Part shown: one piece after another, positions 20,644 through 29,415 of the stretch
Numbering within the stretch: the stretch's first letter is position 1
Layout: each line of letters opens with the position of its first letter
Assembly: GCA_025451755.1 (NCBI GenBank)
Contig: JANWJT010000017.1
Span: 82,147-135,892 of the forward strand
Length of the DNA: 53,746 nt
Source of the DNA: Candidatus Microgenomates bacterium
GTDB lineage: Bacteria; Patescibacteriota; Microgenomatia; Levybacterales; UBA12049
Reading direction: 5' to 3'
The notes under the pieces: generated by a model
The model's input: the letters and a program-made list of their open reading frames with translations, nothing else
What the model was told of the DNA's origin: nothing
The model's database searches: none
Position numbers and translations under genes: made by a program

Positions 20644-22441
20644 AAAAATTGATAAAAAAAGAAAGTTTCTTTTAGCAGGCGTTTTAATTTTAATAACACT
20701 TTTTTTATCCTCCTTTTTATTAGTTAATAATCAACACAATTCTAATAGTAAAAAATACACTCCTATTCCAAAAGATGCTCAGTTTATACCGGATGAAATA
20801 ATTATTAAATATAAAAAGGATTACACTTTTGATGAACTTAAAATTCTAATGAGTAAATTATTAAAGTTGGGAGTTTTATCGCAAGAAATGGTCTATTTAT
20901 CATCAGATGACCCTATTTTAAAAAGATACTATCTTCTAAAGCTTAAAAAAAATACAGACATAGCAAAGCTTCAAGAATTTTTAAATAATTTCGAAGAGAT
21001 AGATGCCATAGAGCCAAATTATATTCTAGAAACACAGGGAATAGTGCCTAATGATCCCTCATATTCACAGCTGTGGGGTCTTGGCAAGATAGAGATGGAA
21101 AACACTTGGGACATAACAAAAGGTTCAAGTTCTGTTAAGGTGGCAGTAGTTGATTCAGGAATTGACTATAATCATGTTGATTTGCCGGTGAATGTTTTTA
21201 AAGGAAAAGATTTTGTAAATAATGATGACGATCCAATGGATGATAACGGACATGGAACGCATGTTGCCGGGACAATAGGTGCTACCACCGATAATGGGAT
21301 CGGAGTAAGTGGTATTAATTGGAATGTGGAATTAATGGCAGTAAAAGTAATGAATGCGTCTGGTAAAGGAAACACCGTTGGAATTGTTAACGGAGTAAAG
21401 TACGCTATAGATAATGGAGCTAAAGTAATTAACCTAAGCTTAGGTGGTTCCGGATCCTGTAGCGCATGGGATGGCGTAATAAATTATGCAAATAATGCAG
21501 GAGCAGTGGTTGTAGTTGCAGCAGGAAACTCCAACATAGATGCTGCAGGACACAGCCCCGCCAGTTGTAATGGGGTTATTACGGTTGGATCTACAACAAG
21601 CTCTGACTCGCGCTCGTCCTTTTCGAATTTTGGTAGCACGGTAGAGATTGCTGCGCCAGGGAGTAGCATTCTATCAACACTTCCCGGTAATAGATACGGC
21701 TCCAAAAACGGAACCAGTATGGCAACTCCTCATGTAGCAGGAGTCGCGGCTTTACTTCTTACAACAAACCCAAATTTCACGCCAGATCAAATAAAAGATT
21801 GTTTAGTAAATAACGCCGATATTATACCGACAGACAAACCTATTGGTCCAAGACTTAACGCATTTAAAGCACTTACTTTATGTACAGGAGGTACTCTTCC
21901 AATAAATTCCCCAACTCCTCTCATAACAAATGTTCCTTCGACATACAGCATCTCTATAAATATCTGGATAGACAATAATAACGACGGGGTAAAGGATGGA
22001 AACGACACTCCTTATCAGGATGCAATTATAAATCTTACTGGTCCCATAGATTCAAGTGGTACAACTAATGTTTCGGGCGATTTAGCTTTCTCAAGTCTTC
22101 CGTCTGGAGATTATTCTGTAGGAATTATTATACCGGGTTACAATATTTCGCCATACCCAATAAGCATTATTAATGGTAGCATTTTGTTAACATTGGGTCT
22201 TTCTCCTGAGACTCAATTAGCGATCCCTATAGTTGTTACACAACCTATTACACTTACTCCGGTTGCAACATCAATTCCGACTAATGCACCTCTCCCAACG
22301 GGAACACGTCCAGGAGGAACTAGCCCGACTCCAACGCCAACCCCGATTGCAACTTATAACTGTGAGATCGATAAAGAATGTATAAAAAAAACTGGGCAGA
22401 AAAATCTTCAATTTTGTCTTTTAATTTGTAATCCTAGATAG
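20609..22441 (+). CDS. S8 subtilisin-like serine protease with SdrD-B-like domain
   Basis: VAVVDSG, HGTHVAG, AAGN and GTSMATPHVAG motifs; N-terminal TM and prodomain; WIDNNNDGVKD. Confidence 0.95.
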   Translation: MQSQIISKIPFKKIDKKRKFLLAGVLILITLFLSSFLLVNNQHNSNSKKYTPIPKDAQFIPDEIIIKYKKDYTFDELKILMSKLLKLGVLSQEMVYLSSDDPILKRYYLLKLKKNTDIAKLQEFLNNFEEIDAIEPNYILETQGIVPNDPSYSQLWGLGKIEMENTWDITKGSSSVKVAVVDSGIDYNHVDLPVNVFKGKDFVNNDDDPMDDNGHGTHVAGTIGATTDNGIGVSGINWNVELMAVKVMNASGKGNTVGIVNGVKYAIDNGAKVINLSLGGSGSCSAWDGVINYANNAGAVVVVAAGNSNIDAAGHSPASCNGVITVGSTTSSDSRSSFSNFGSTVEIAAPGSSILSTLPGNRYGSKNGTSMATPHVAGVAALLLTTNPNFTPDQIKDCLVNNADIIPTDKPIGPRLNAFKALTLCTGGTLPINSPTPLITNVPSTYSISINIWIDNNNDGVKDGNDTPYQDAIINLTGPIDSSGTTNVSGDLAFSSLPSGDYSVGIIIPGYNISPYPISIINGSILLTLGLSPETQLAIPIVVTQPITLTPVATSIPTNAPLPTGTRPGGTSPTPTPTPIATYNCEIDKECIKKTGQKNLQFCLLICNPR

Positions 22442-22493
22442 CTTTGATTGCAATTTATTTTAAAACCTCCTACACTAAAAGTATAATCTGCCC

Positions 22494-22820
22494 ATGTTTT
22501 ATTTATCGCTACCCGTAATTTTTTTAAAATTTTGGTATGTTGATGCCCCAAAAGGTCTTGTAGGTTTTTTTCTATCCCTTAATAAGTCTTTTCTTCAGTT
22601 ATTATCGCTGCCTCTTTTAGTAAGAACTTATTTTAAGCCGTGGAAAAATGAATACAGAAAAGGATTAGTTGTATTTTCGATTGGAATGGGAATTTTTATT
22701 AAAACATTTGTAATATTAGCGGATTTAATATTAATTCTTTTATTGCTTTTTCTTGAAATAATGTTTTTTATTTCATTTTTACTATGGCCAATACTAACAA
22801 TATTTTTACTTTTTTCATAA
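22494..22820 (+). CDS. Small membrane protein coupled to the downstream Clp-like ATPase
   Basis: Hydrophobic 108 aa with FWY...LLVRTYFKPWK; 1-nt gap to the next ATG; TATAAT 6 nt before the start. Confidence 0.75.
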   Translation: MFYLSLPVIFLKFWYVDAPKGLVGFFLSLNKSFLQLLSLPLLVRTYFKPWKNEYRKGLVVFSIGMGIFIKTFVILADLILILLLLFLEIMFFISFLLWPILTIFLLFS

Positions 22821-22821
22821 A

Positions 22822-25227
22822 ATGATCGGATACGCCAAAATTTACAACATTTATCAATCTATAGTATTTATATCAATCAGAATATTTATATCGGTATTTT
22901 TGTCTTCGTACATTTTACGTGCTGGTTTAAACAACTCATTCGATTTATCAATAGTAAAACTTCCTTTGTTTCTATTATTTACGTTTTTAATAATAGAAAT
23001 CTTTTTCCATTTTAAAATTTCTAAGAAACTTCCCGAAGTTGAAATCTCATCAAATAAAGGAAATCCTCTGGATTCACTCACTCTAAAATCACTGGGTATT
23101 TTCTTAAGCTCAAATAGCTCTCAGTCTTTAGTAAGAAAACTTCTTAAAATCTCTTCCGTAAATTTCATGACCAGCAAAATGGACATTCTTTCTAAAGAAG
23201 AAATAAAACTTGTTGATTTTCCAAAAGAGGAATTAGCAAAGTACGCTTTAGAAATTTCTAAAAACTTAAAAGGAAAGTTTGTTACCATAATGGATTTATT
23301 CGCGTCTTACATATTGTTAACAGAAGAAAATACAAAAATTTTGTTTAATAAAAATCTTAAAAAAGAGGAGTTCTTGCAAATTCTTTTTTGGGCAAGAACA
23401 AAATTTGCAAGCGAAGAAAATCCACAGCCGTTTAGAATTAGTTTTTCTGGAGAAGGCATTGGGGAAAGTTGGGTTTCGGGCTGGACAATAGAAACAAAAA
23501 AATACATGGTCGACTTAACTTCGGAAGTTTTACAAAAAAAACCTTCTTTTTTAGGACGTGAAAGTGAGCTCAAGCAGCTTATAGAAGGAATGTATAAAAA
23601 TAAAAGCGCACTCTTGGTTGGAGAGGTAGGATCGGGCAAAACAGAAATAGCGCAGAGCCTTGCCTTAGAGAGTTTTGCCGGAAATTTAAAAGGAAGTCTT
23701 TATCACCAAAGATTTTATATGCTTTTGGTTGATGCTTTGCTTGCGGGTTCTGAAAACCCTGGTGAGTTAGAAGAAAGACTTGGCTATGTTATTGCCGAAC
23801 TTTCCCATGCAGGGAATATTATTATTTTTATTCCTTCATTTGAAAACATTTTAGGATCTTCGTCCTTCCATCTGGATCTCTCCGGCGTTCTTATACCATA
23901 TATAGAAAGAGGAGCTATCCGAATAATTGGAACTGTTACGCCCGGATCATTTAAAAAATTTATAGAAACTCGAAAAACACTTCTGGAAAACTTAGAAATA
24001 ATAAAAGTTGATGAGCCAAGCGAAGAGGTTTCTTTTGCAATGCTTTTTAAGAAGGCCAGCCAAATAGAAGAACTAGATAATATAAAAATATCTTACTCTG
24101 CAATTGCTTCATCGTTAAAATATGCTAAAAAATATCTTCCCGATAGAGTTCTTCCAGGAGCTGCGGTAACCCTACTTGAGGATGCAGCTGCGGCGACAGC
24201 TCTTTCTAAGAAAAAGATTCTCGAAGAGGGAGACATTATACAAAAAATAGAAAGTAAAACTAATATTGCTGTTGGAAAGCCTGGAAAAGAAGAGAAAGAA
24301 CTGCTACTTAATTTAGAAGATGAGATTCATAAAAGAGTTGTAGATCAAAAAGAGGCAGTTTTCGAAGTTTCGGAAGCAATGAGAAGACTGCGAACTGGGC
24401 TTACTGTAAAAGATAAACCAATTTCATTTTTATTCCTGGGTCCTACAGGGGTAGGAAAAACAGAAACAGCAAAAGCTTTATCAAAAATTTATTTTGGAGG
24501 AGAGGAAAAAATGATAAGACTCGATATGAGTGAATACTCTGAAGATGGGTCTTTAAAAAGATTGCTTGGCTCAGTTCCTGGAGAAGAACAAATGCCAGGA
24601 GAATTAACAGATAAAATATTAGATAATCCTTTTTCTCTTGTTCTTTTGGACGAATTTGAAAAGGCAAATTCAAACATTTTAAATCTTTTTCTCCAGGTTC
24701 TTGATGATGGAAGACTGACCGATAATAAAGGGAAAACCGTTTCTTTTACGAATGCAATAATTATTGCAACTTCAAATGCGGCTTCGGAATTTATACGCGA
24801 AGAAGTAAATAAGGGTACGGTGGTCGACAAAAAATTCCAGAAAAGTCTTTTAGAGTTTTTGCAGACAAAGGGAATTTTTAAACCCGAACTTTTAAATAGA
24901 TTCGATGGCGTAATTGTATTTAAGCCTTTGGGAGGAAGTGAAATTGAAGAAATAACTAAAATTCTTTTAAAAGAACTTTCCGACAAAATGCTAGAGCAAG
25001 ATATTGCAGTAAGTTTTGATAATGGAATAATTCAAAAAATTATTAAAGAAGGCTTTGATGAACAGTTCGGCGCCCGCCCAATTAGTAGATATATTCAGGA
25101 TAACATCGAAGATCTTCTCGCCCAAAAAATATTAAAAGATGAAATAAAACGCGGAGATAAAATCACAGTTTCAATAGACTCTTTAAGTGTGATTACAGTT
25201 TCAAAATCCTCGCAAGGTATCATCTAG
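22822..25227 (+). CDS. Membrane-anchored Clp-like AAA+ ATPase with degenerate NBD1
   Basis: Two N-terminal TMs; GEVGSGKT with Walker B replaced by [21 protein letters not shown] and GARPI in NBD2. Confidence 0.88.
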   Translation: MIGYAKIYNIYQSIVFISIRIFISVFLSSYILRAGLNNSFDLSIVKLPLFLLFTFLIIEIFFHFKISKKLPEVEISSNKGNPLDSLTLKSLGIFLSSNSSQSLVRKLLKISSVNFMTSKMDILSKEEIKLVDFPKEELAKYALEISKNLKGKFVTIMDLFASYILLTEENTKILFNKNLKKEEFLQILFWARTKFASEENPQPFRISFSGEGIGESWVSGWTIETKKYMVDLTSEVLQKKPSFLGRESELKQLIEGMYKNKSALLVGEVGSGKTEIAQSLALESFAGNLKGSLYHQRFYMLLVDALLAGSENPGELEERLGYVIAELSHAGNIIIFIPSFENILGSSSFHLDLSGVLIPYIERGAIRIIGTVTPGSFKKFIETRKTLLENLEIIKVDEPSEEVSFAMLFKKASQIEELDNIKISYSAIASSLKYAKKYLPDRVLPGAAVTLLEDAAAATALSKKKILEEGDIIQKIESKTNIAVGKPGKEEKELLLNLEDEIHKRVVDQKEAVFEVSEAMRRLRTGLTVKDKPISFLFLGPTGVGKTETAKALSKIYFGGEEKMIRLDMSEYSEDGSLKRLLGSVPGEEQMPGELTDKILDNPFSLVLLDEFEKANSNILNLFLQVLDDGRLTDNKGKTVSFTNAIIIATSNAASEFIREEVNKGTVVDKKFQKSLLEFLQTKGIFKPELLNRFDGVIVFKPLGGSEIEEITKILLKELSDKMLEQDIAVSFDNGIIQKIIKEGFDEQFGARPISRYIQDNIEDLLAQKILKDEIKRGDKITVSIDSLSVITVSKSSQGII

Positions 25228-25270
25228 TGCCGTTGCTACCTAGTAGTAAATTTGGTATACTGTTTCGACT

Positions 25271-26365
25271 ATGCCGGCAATGCAAAGAAGCGAGTTTTCG
25301 CTTGCACTAAATCAGGTCGCGAATGAGCGTGGCGTTGATATTTCTGTGGTTTTAGATACTGTAAAAAATGCAATTTTAGCAGCTTACAAGAAAGATCATC
25401 CGGGAATTGAAATCGAAGAATATTCGGCAACTCTAGATAAAAATAGCGGAGAGGCAAAAATTTTTAGTAAAGATAAAGATGTTACGCCGCCTGGGTTTGG
25501 AAGAATTGCAGCCCAAACCGCAAAACAAGTTATTCTACAAAAAATTAGAGAGAAAGAAAAAGAAGCAATTATTTCGGATTTTAAAATTAGAATAGGGACA
25601 GTAGCAAATGGAATGGTATTGCGATTTGCAGGTCCAAACATAATTGTTGATGTAGGTAAAACTGAAGCAGTTATGCCAGTACACGAGCAAATTCCAAATG
25701 AAAAGTATCATTTAAATCAAAGACTTACAGTTTATTTATTAAAAATAGTGGAAGGGTTTAAGGGAGAAGAGTTAGTGGTTTCAAGAGCAAATAACGGACT
25801 CTTGGCGGGTCTTTTTAAAAGAGAAGTACCCGAAGTTGCACAGGGAAGTGTGGAGATTAAAGATATTGCAAGAGAGCCAGGGTCAAGAAGTAAAATTGCC
25901 GTTTATTCTTCTCAATCGGGAATTGATCCGGTTGGAAGTTGTGTTGGTCAAAAAGGAGTAAGGGTTCAGGCTATAATTGCGGAATTTGGAGGACTAGAAA
26001 AAATAGATATTATCCAGTGGCAAGAGAACATAAAAGATTATATTGGACAAACTTTATCTCCTGCGAAAAATGTAAGAGTTGAAATAAATGAAGATGAAAA
26101 AACAGCACATGTTTTTGTTCCGCCTGAGGAGCTTTCCTTAGCCATCGGAAAAGAAGGACAGAATGTTCGGCTTGCATCAAAACTTGCAGGTTACAGAATA
26201 GAAATAGAAGGGGAACCCACTGTCGCTGAAGCCATAGCGAACAAGGAGGCTAAGGAATCGGAGGAAAAACAAGCTAAAGGAGTTAGTGCGAAAAATGAAA
26301 AGAAAGCGTCAAAGAAGCCATCAATAAAGAAAAAGGCAGTAAAAAAGATAAAAAAAGGTGAATAG
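25271..26365 (+). CDS. nusA: Transcription factor NusA
   Basis: FGRIAAQTAKQVI, AREPGSRSKIAV, DPVGSCVG and AIGKEGQNVRLA motifs. Confidence 0.98.
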   Translation: MPAMQRSEFSLALNQVANERGVDISVVLDTVKNAILAAYKKDHPGIEIEEYSATLDKNSGEAKIFSKDKDVTPPGFGRIAAQTAKQVILQKIREKEKEAIISDFKIRIGTVANGMVLRFAGPNIIVDVGKTEAVMPVHEQIPNEKYHLNQRLTVYLLKIVEGFKGEELVVSRANNGLLAGLFKREVPEVAQGSVEIKDIAREPGSRSKIAVYSSQSGIDPVGSCVGQKGVRVQAIIAEFGGLEKIDIIQWQENIKDYIGQTLSPAKNVRVEINEDEKTAHVFVPPEELSLAIGKEGQNVRLASKLAGYRIEIEGEPTVAEAIANKEAKESEEKQAKGVSAKNEKKASKKPSIKKKAVKKIKKGE

Positions 26366-26366
26366 T

Positions 26367-26510
26367 AAATTCAAAATCATAAATTACAAATCCAAAATAA
26401 ATTTGAAAAATCAAAATATAAAATCCAAAACATATGTTTAGGAAATTTGGAAGTTTGAATTTTGGATTTGCTTGGAATTTAGATATTAGAATTTCGAATT
26501 TAGATAATTT
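26367..26510. repeat. AT-rich heptamer-periodic inverted element
   Basis: Run of AAATNNN units, central AAACATATGTTT palindrome, then TTNGANT units. Confidence 0.75.
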
Positions 26511-26513
26511 ATT

Positions 26514-27989
26514 ATGGCAAAAAAACAAAAACAAAACATACCGAATAAAATATTCTATCCCCCGGTTGTTGCAGTAGTAGGTCATGTAGATCATGGTAAA
26601 ACTACGCTTCTAGACACAATCCGCAAATCAAATATTGCACAAAGAGAACATGGCGGAATAACCCAAAAAATTGGGGCATCAAAAATAGAGTTTGTAAACG
26701 ATGAGGAAAAAAGAGCAGTTACTTTTATAGACACACCGGGGCATGAGGCATTTTCAAATATGAGAGGGAGAGGAGTTATGGCCGCAGACATAGGGCTCTT
26801 GGTTGTTTCATCTGTCGACGGAGTTATGCCTCAGACAAAAGAAAGTATAGAGTTTTTAAAAGAATCGGGAATTCCTTTTATTGTTGTTTTAACAAAGTCT
26901 GACCTTCCAGAAAAAAATCCAGAGAAAGTTAAAGGAGAGCTTTTAAAAGCCGAAGTTCTCTTAGAAGGATATGGTGGAGATGTTCCTGTAATTGAAGTAT
27001 CTGCAAAAATAAATTCAAATATTAAAGAGCTTTTAAGCTTAATTCTTTTGGTATTCGAAATGAAGAATGAGAATTTAGGCAATTCGGAAAAAGGAGAATT
27101 TAAAGGAGTAGTTATTGAATCAAAGTTAGATCAAAGAATAGGGCCTGTATCGACGGTTGTCATTAAGAATGGTGCTCTATCTGTAAGAGACGAGATATCG
27201 GCCGATAAAATACTTGGAAAAGTAAAGAGTCTTACAGATGCTTTAGGAAAAAGAGTAGACAGAGCAACAGTTGGCGAAGCGGTGGAAATTTTGGGGTTCG
27301 AAAAAGTTCCGCAGGTTGGGAGCGTAGTTTTGAAGAAGGGTTCTGGTGCTGAAGAAGCTTACAAAAATATTGATCAGAATTCTAGTGGGAGCCCTTCTGC
27401 GATTGCCGCCCCTACCGAAGAAAATCCTCTCCTTTCTGTAATAATTTGTGCTGATACTTTAGGTTCTATTGAAGCAATAGTAAATGCACTGCCAACTCAA
27501 ATCAATGTTGTATCCAAAAAAACTGGTGATATTTCGCCTGCAGATCTTTTGCTTGCAAAATCAATTAAGGCAATTGTTCTTGGATTTAACATTAAAATTA
27601 AACCCGAGATTATGAAGCTTGCAAAAACAGAAAAGGTCCTTGCCAAAAATTACAAGCTCATTTACGAGTTGATAGATGAAATAACAGACGTTTTGGATGG
27701 CAGAGAACTTTCTCTTATCGAAGAAATTTTGGGAAAAGCAAAAATAATTGCAGAATTTCCGTTTGAAAAAACGAAAGTTTTGGGAATTACAATTCTTGAA
27801 GGAAGAATGGCTAAAGGAGATAAAATAAGACTTGTTAGAAAAGACGAAGTTATAGGAGAAAGTACAATTTTTTCTTTAAGACAAGGTAAAAATCAAATAT
27901 CAAAAGTAGAAAAAGGCAATGAAGCTGGTATAATTATTTCTCCTTTCCTTGACTTTACTATAGGAGATATGGTAATATCTCATGGGTAA
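26514..27989 (+). CDS. infB: Translation initiation factor IF-2 (no N-terminal extension)
   Basis: GHVDHGKTTLLD, GGITQ, DTPGHEAF and TKSD motifs. Confidence 0.97.
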   Translation: MAKKQKQNIPNKIFYPPVVAVVGHVDHGKTTLLDTIRKSNIAQREHGGITQKIGASKIEFVNDEEKRAVTFIDTPGHEAFSNMRGRGVMAADIGLLVVSSVDGVMPQTKESIEFLKESGIPFIVVLTKSDLPEKNPEKVKGELLKAEVLLEGYGGDVPVIEVSAKINSNIKELLSLILLVFEMKNENLGNSEKGEFKGVVIESKLDQRIGPVSTVVIKNGALSVRDEISADKILGKVKSLTDALGKRVDRATVGEAVEILGFEKVPQVGSVVLKKGSGAEEAYKNIDQNSSGSPSAIAAPTEENPLLSVIICADTLGSIEAIVNALPTQINVVSKKTGDISPADLLLAKSIKAIVLGFNIKIKPEIMKLAKTEKVLAKNYKLIYELIDEITDVLDGRELSLIEEILGKAKIIAEFPFEKTKVLGITILEGRMAKGDKIRLVRKDEVIGESTIFSLRQGKNQISKVEKGNEAGIIISPFLDFTIGDMVISHG

Positions 27990-28026
27990 ATCAAGCACTA
28001 AATTTGGTGTTAGATAGATTCCCCTT

Positions 28027-29070
28027 ATGGATAATAGAGTGTCGAATCAAATAAAAGATTTTATTGAAAAGAATAACAAGATTGGTATTGCCGTTGGTAA
28101 AAATCCGGGCGTTGACGAAATGGGTGCGGCACTCTCTCTTTATCTTTCTCTTCAGTCTTTCGGAAAAGATGTAGCGATAGTTTGCCCGACAGAAGCTTTA
28201 GTAGAGCACTCTCGTCTTGTTGGAATAGATAAAGTAAAATCAAGCTTCGATGCAGGGTCAGGAGATTTAACGGCTTCTTTTCCATATAAGGAAGGGGAAA
28301 TAGAAAAAATTTCCTATACTCTTGAGAATGGTTTTTTAAATATTATTGTAAAAGCTGGAGAAGATGGATTAAATTTTTCTGAGAATGATGTCGTCTTTAA
28401 AAGATCACAGAGCTATCCTGGGCTCCTATTTGTTATAGGAACTCCTAGACTTTCTGATTTGGGCGGGATTTTCAACCCTCAAGCCTTGAAAGATACAATA
28501 GTAATTAATATCGATAATAAATCAGACAATCAAGGATTTGGAGATATTGCTTTTGTTTCTCCTACTAATTCTTCAATCTGCGAGCAAATAGGAGATTTAA
28601 TTTTATCGCTTGATTTCCCGTTAGATGTTGATATTGCGCAAAATTTGTTAATCGGCATAGAGGATGCAACAGAAAATTTTCAAAATAACAGTACGAGTCC
28701 TTTAGCTTTTGAAATGGTTGGAAATCTTATGAAAAAGGGAGCTATAAGAAGCGATAATAAATCTTCAAAAATAATGAATCAAGATCTAGATATGGACATT
28801 GAAGAAGCACCTGTATTTGCGCAACCTGCTCTGCAGAGAAGGCCGGCTCAGAGTCAGCCGTTCAAATCTTTCGCAAATTACCCCAAGCAAAGTCAGCAAG
28901 TCCGATCTTTCTTAGATCAGCAAATAAAAAATCAGCAAAAACAGAATAAAGAAGATCGAGGAAGAAAAGCATCTATATCGACACAAAATATTCAAGAGGA
29001 CGACCAGGATAAAAATCCACCGACCGATTGGCTCGCTCCAAAAATTTATAAAGGATCAACAAATATATAG
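28027..29070 (+). CDS. DHH/NrnA-like phosphoesterase, catalytic motifs degenerate
   Basis: Fold-typical segments NPGVDEMGA, INIDNK (for IDHH), SSICE and GIEDATENF. Confidence 0.7.
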   Translation: MDNRVSNQIKDFIEKNNKIGIAVGKNPGVDEMGAALSLYLSLQSFGKDVAIVCPTEALVEHSRLVGIDKVKSSFDAGSGDLTASFPYKEGEIEKISYTLENGFLNIIVKAGEDGLNFSENDVVFKRSQSYPGLLFVIGTPRLSDLGGIFNPQALKDTIVINIDNKSDNQGFGDIAFVSPTNSSICEQIGDLILSLDFPLDVDIAQNLLIGIEDATENFQNNSTSPLAFEMVGNLMKKGAIRSDNKSSKIMNQDLDMDIEEAPVFAQPALQRRPAQSQPFKSFANYPKQSQQVRSFLDQQIKNQQKQNKEDRGRKASISTQNIQEDDQDKNPPTDWLAPKIYKGSTNI

Positions 29071-29145
29071 CTAAAGATTCAACTACTAATTCTAAGATTA
29101 AATTTCCTATTGAGGAATAAGTCAGGAATTGCTATAATACCAGAC

Positions 29146-29415
29146 ATGCCATTAACACCAATACAAAAACAAGATATTATAAAAAAATTCCAGACAGCAT
29201 CGGGAGATACGGGAAGTCCTGAGGTTCAGATTGCTCTTTTGTCTAATAGAATTGTAAAATTGACAGAACACCTAAAACAACATATTCATGATACTCACTC
29301 AAGACGAGGTCTTTTATCTATGATTGCAAAAAGAAGAAGACTTGTTAATTTTCTTAAAAATGTAGATAAAATCCGTCACTCCACAATTATAAAAAATTTC
29401 AGCCTTAAAGACTAA
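29146..29415 (+). CDS. rpsO: 30S ribosomal protein S15
   Basis: DTGSPEVQIALL and HDTHSRRGLL; 89 aa from ATG 29146; promoter TTGAGG-17-TATAAT directly upstream. Confidence 0.98.
   Translation: MPLTPIQKQDIIKKFQTASGDTGSPEVQIALLSNRIVKLTEHLKQHIHDTHSRRGLLSMIAKRRRLVNFLKNVDKIRHSTIIKNFSLKD

Noticed and set aside
27994..28011. AGCACTAAATTTGGTGTT as a second CIRCE
   Set aside because: Arms and spacing do not fit TTAGCACTC-N9-GAGTGCTAA; it is only a weak palindrome.
29110..29145. TTG start for rpsO given by the ORF track
   Set aside because: This stretch is the promoter; ATG 29146 gives the canonical 89-aa S15.
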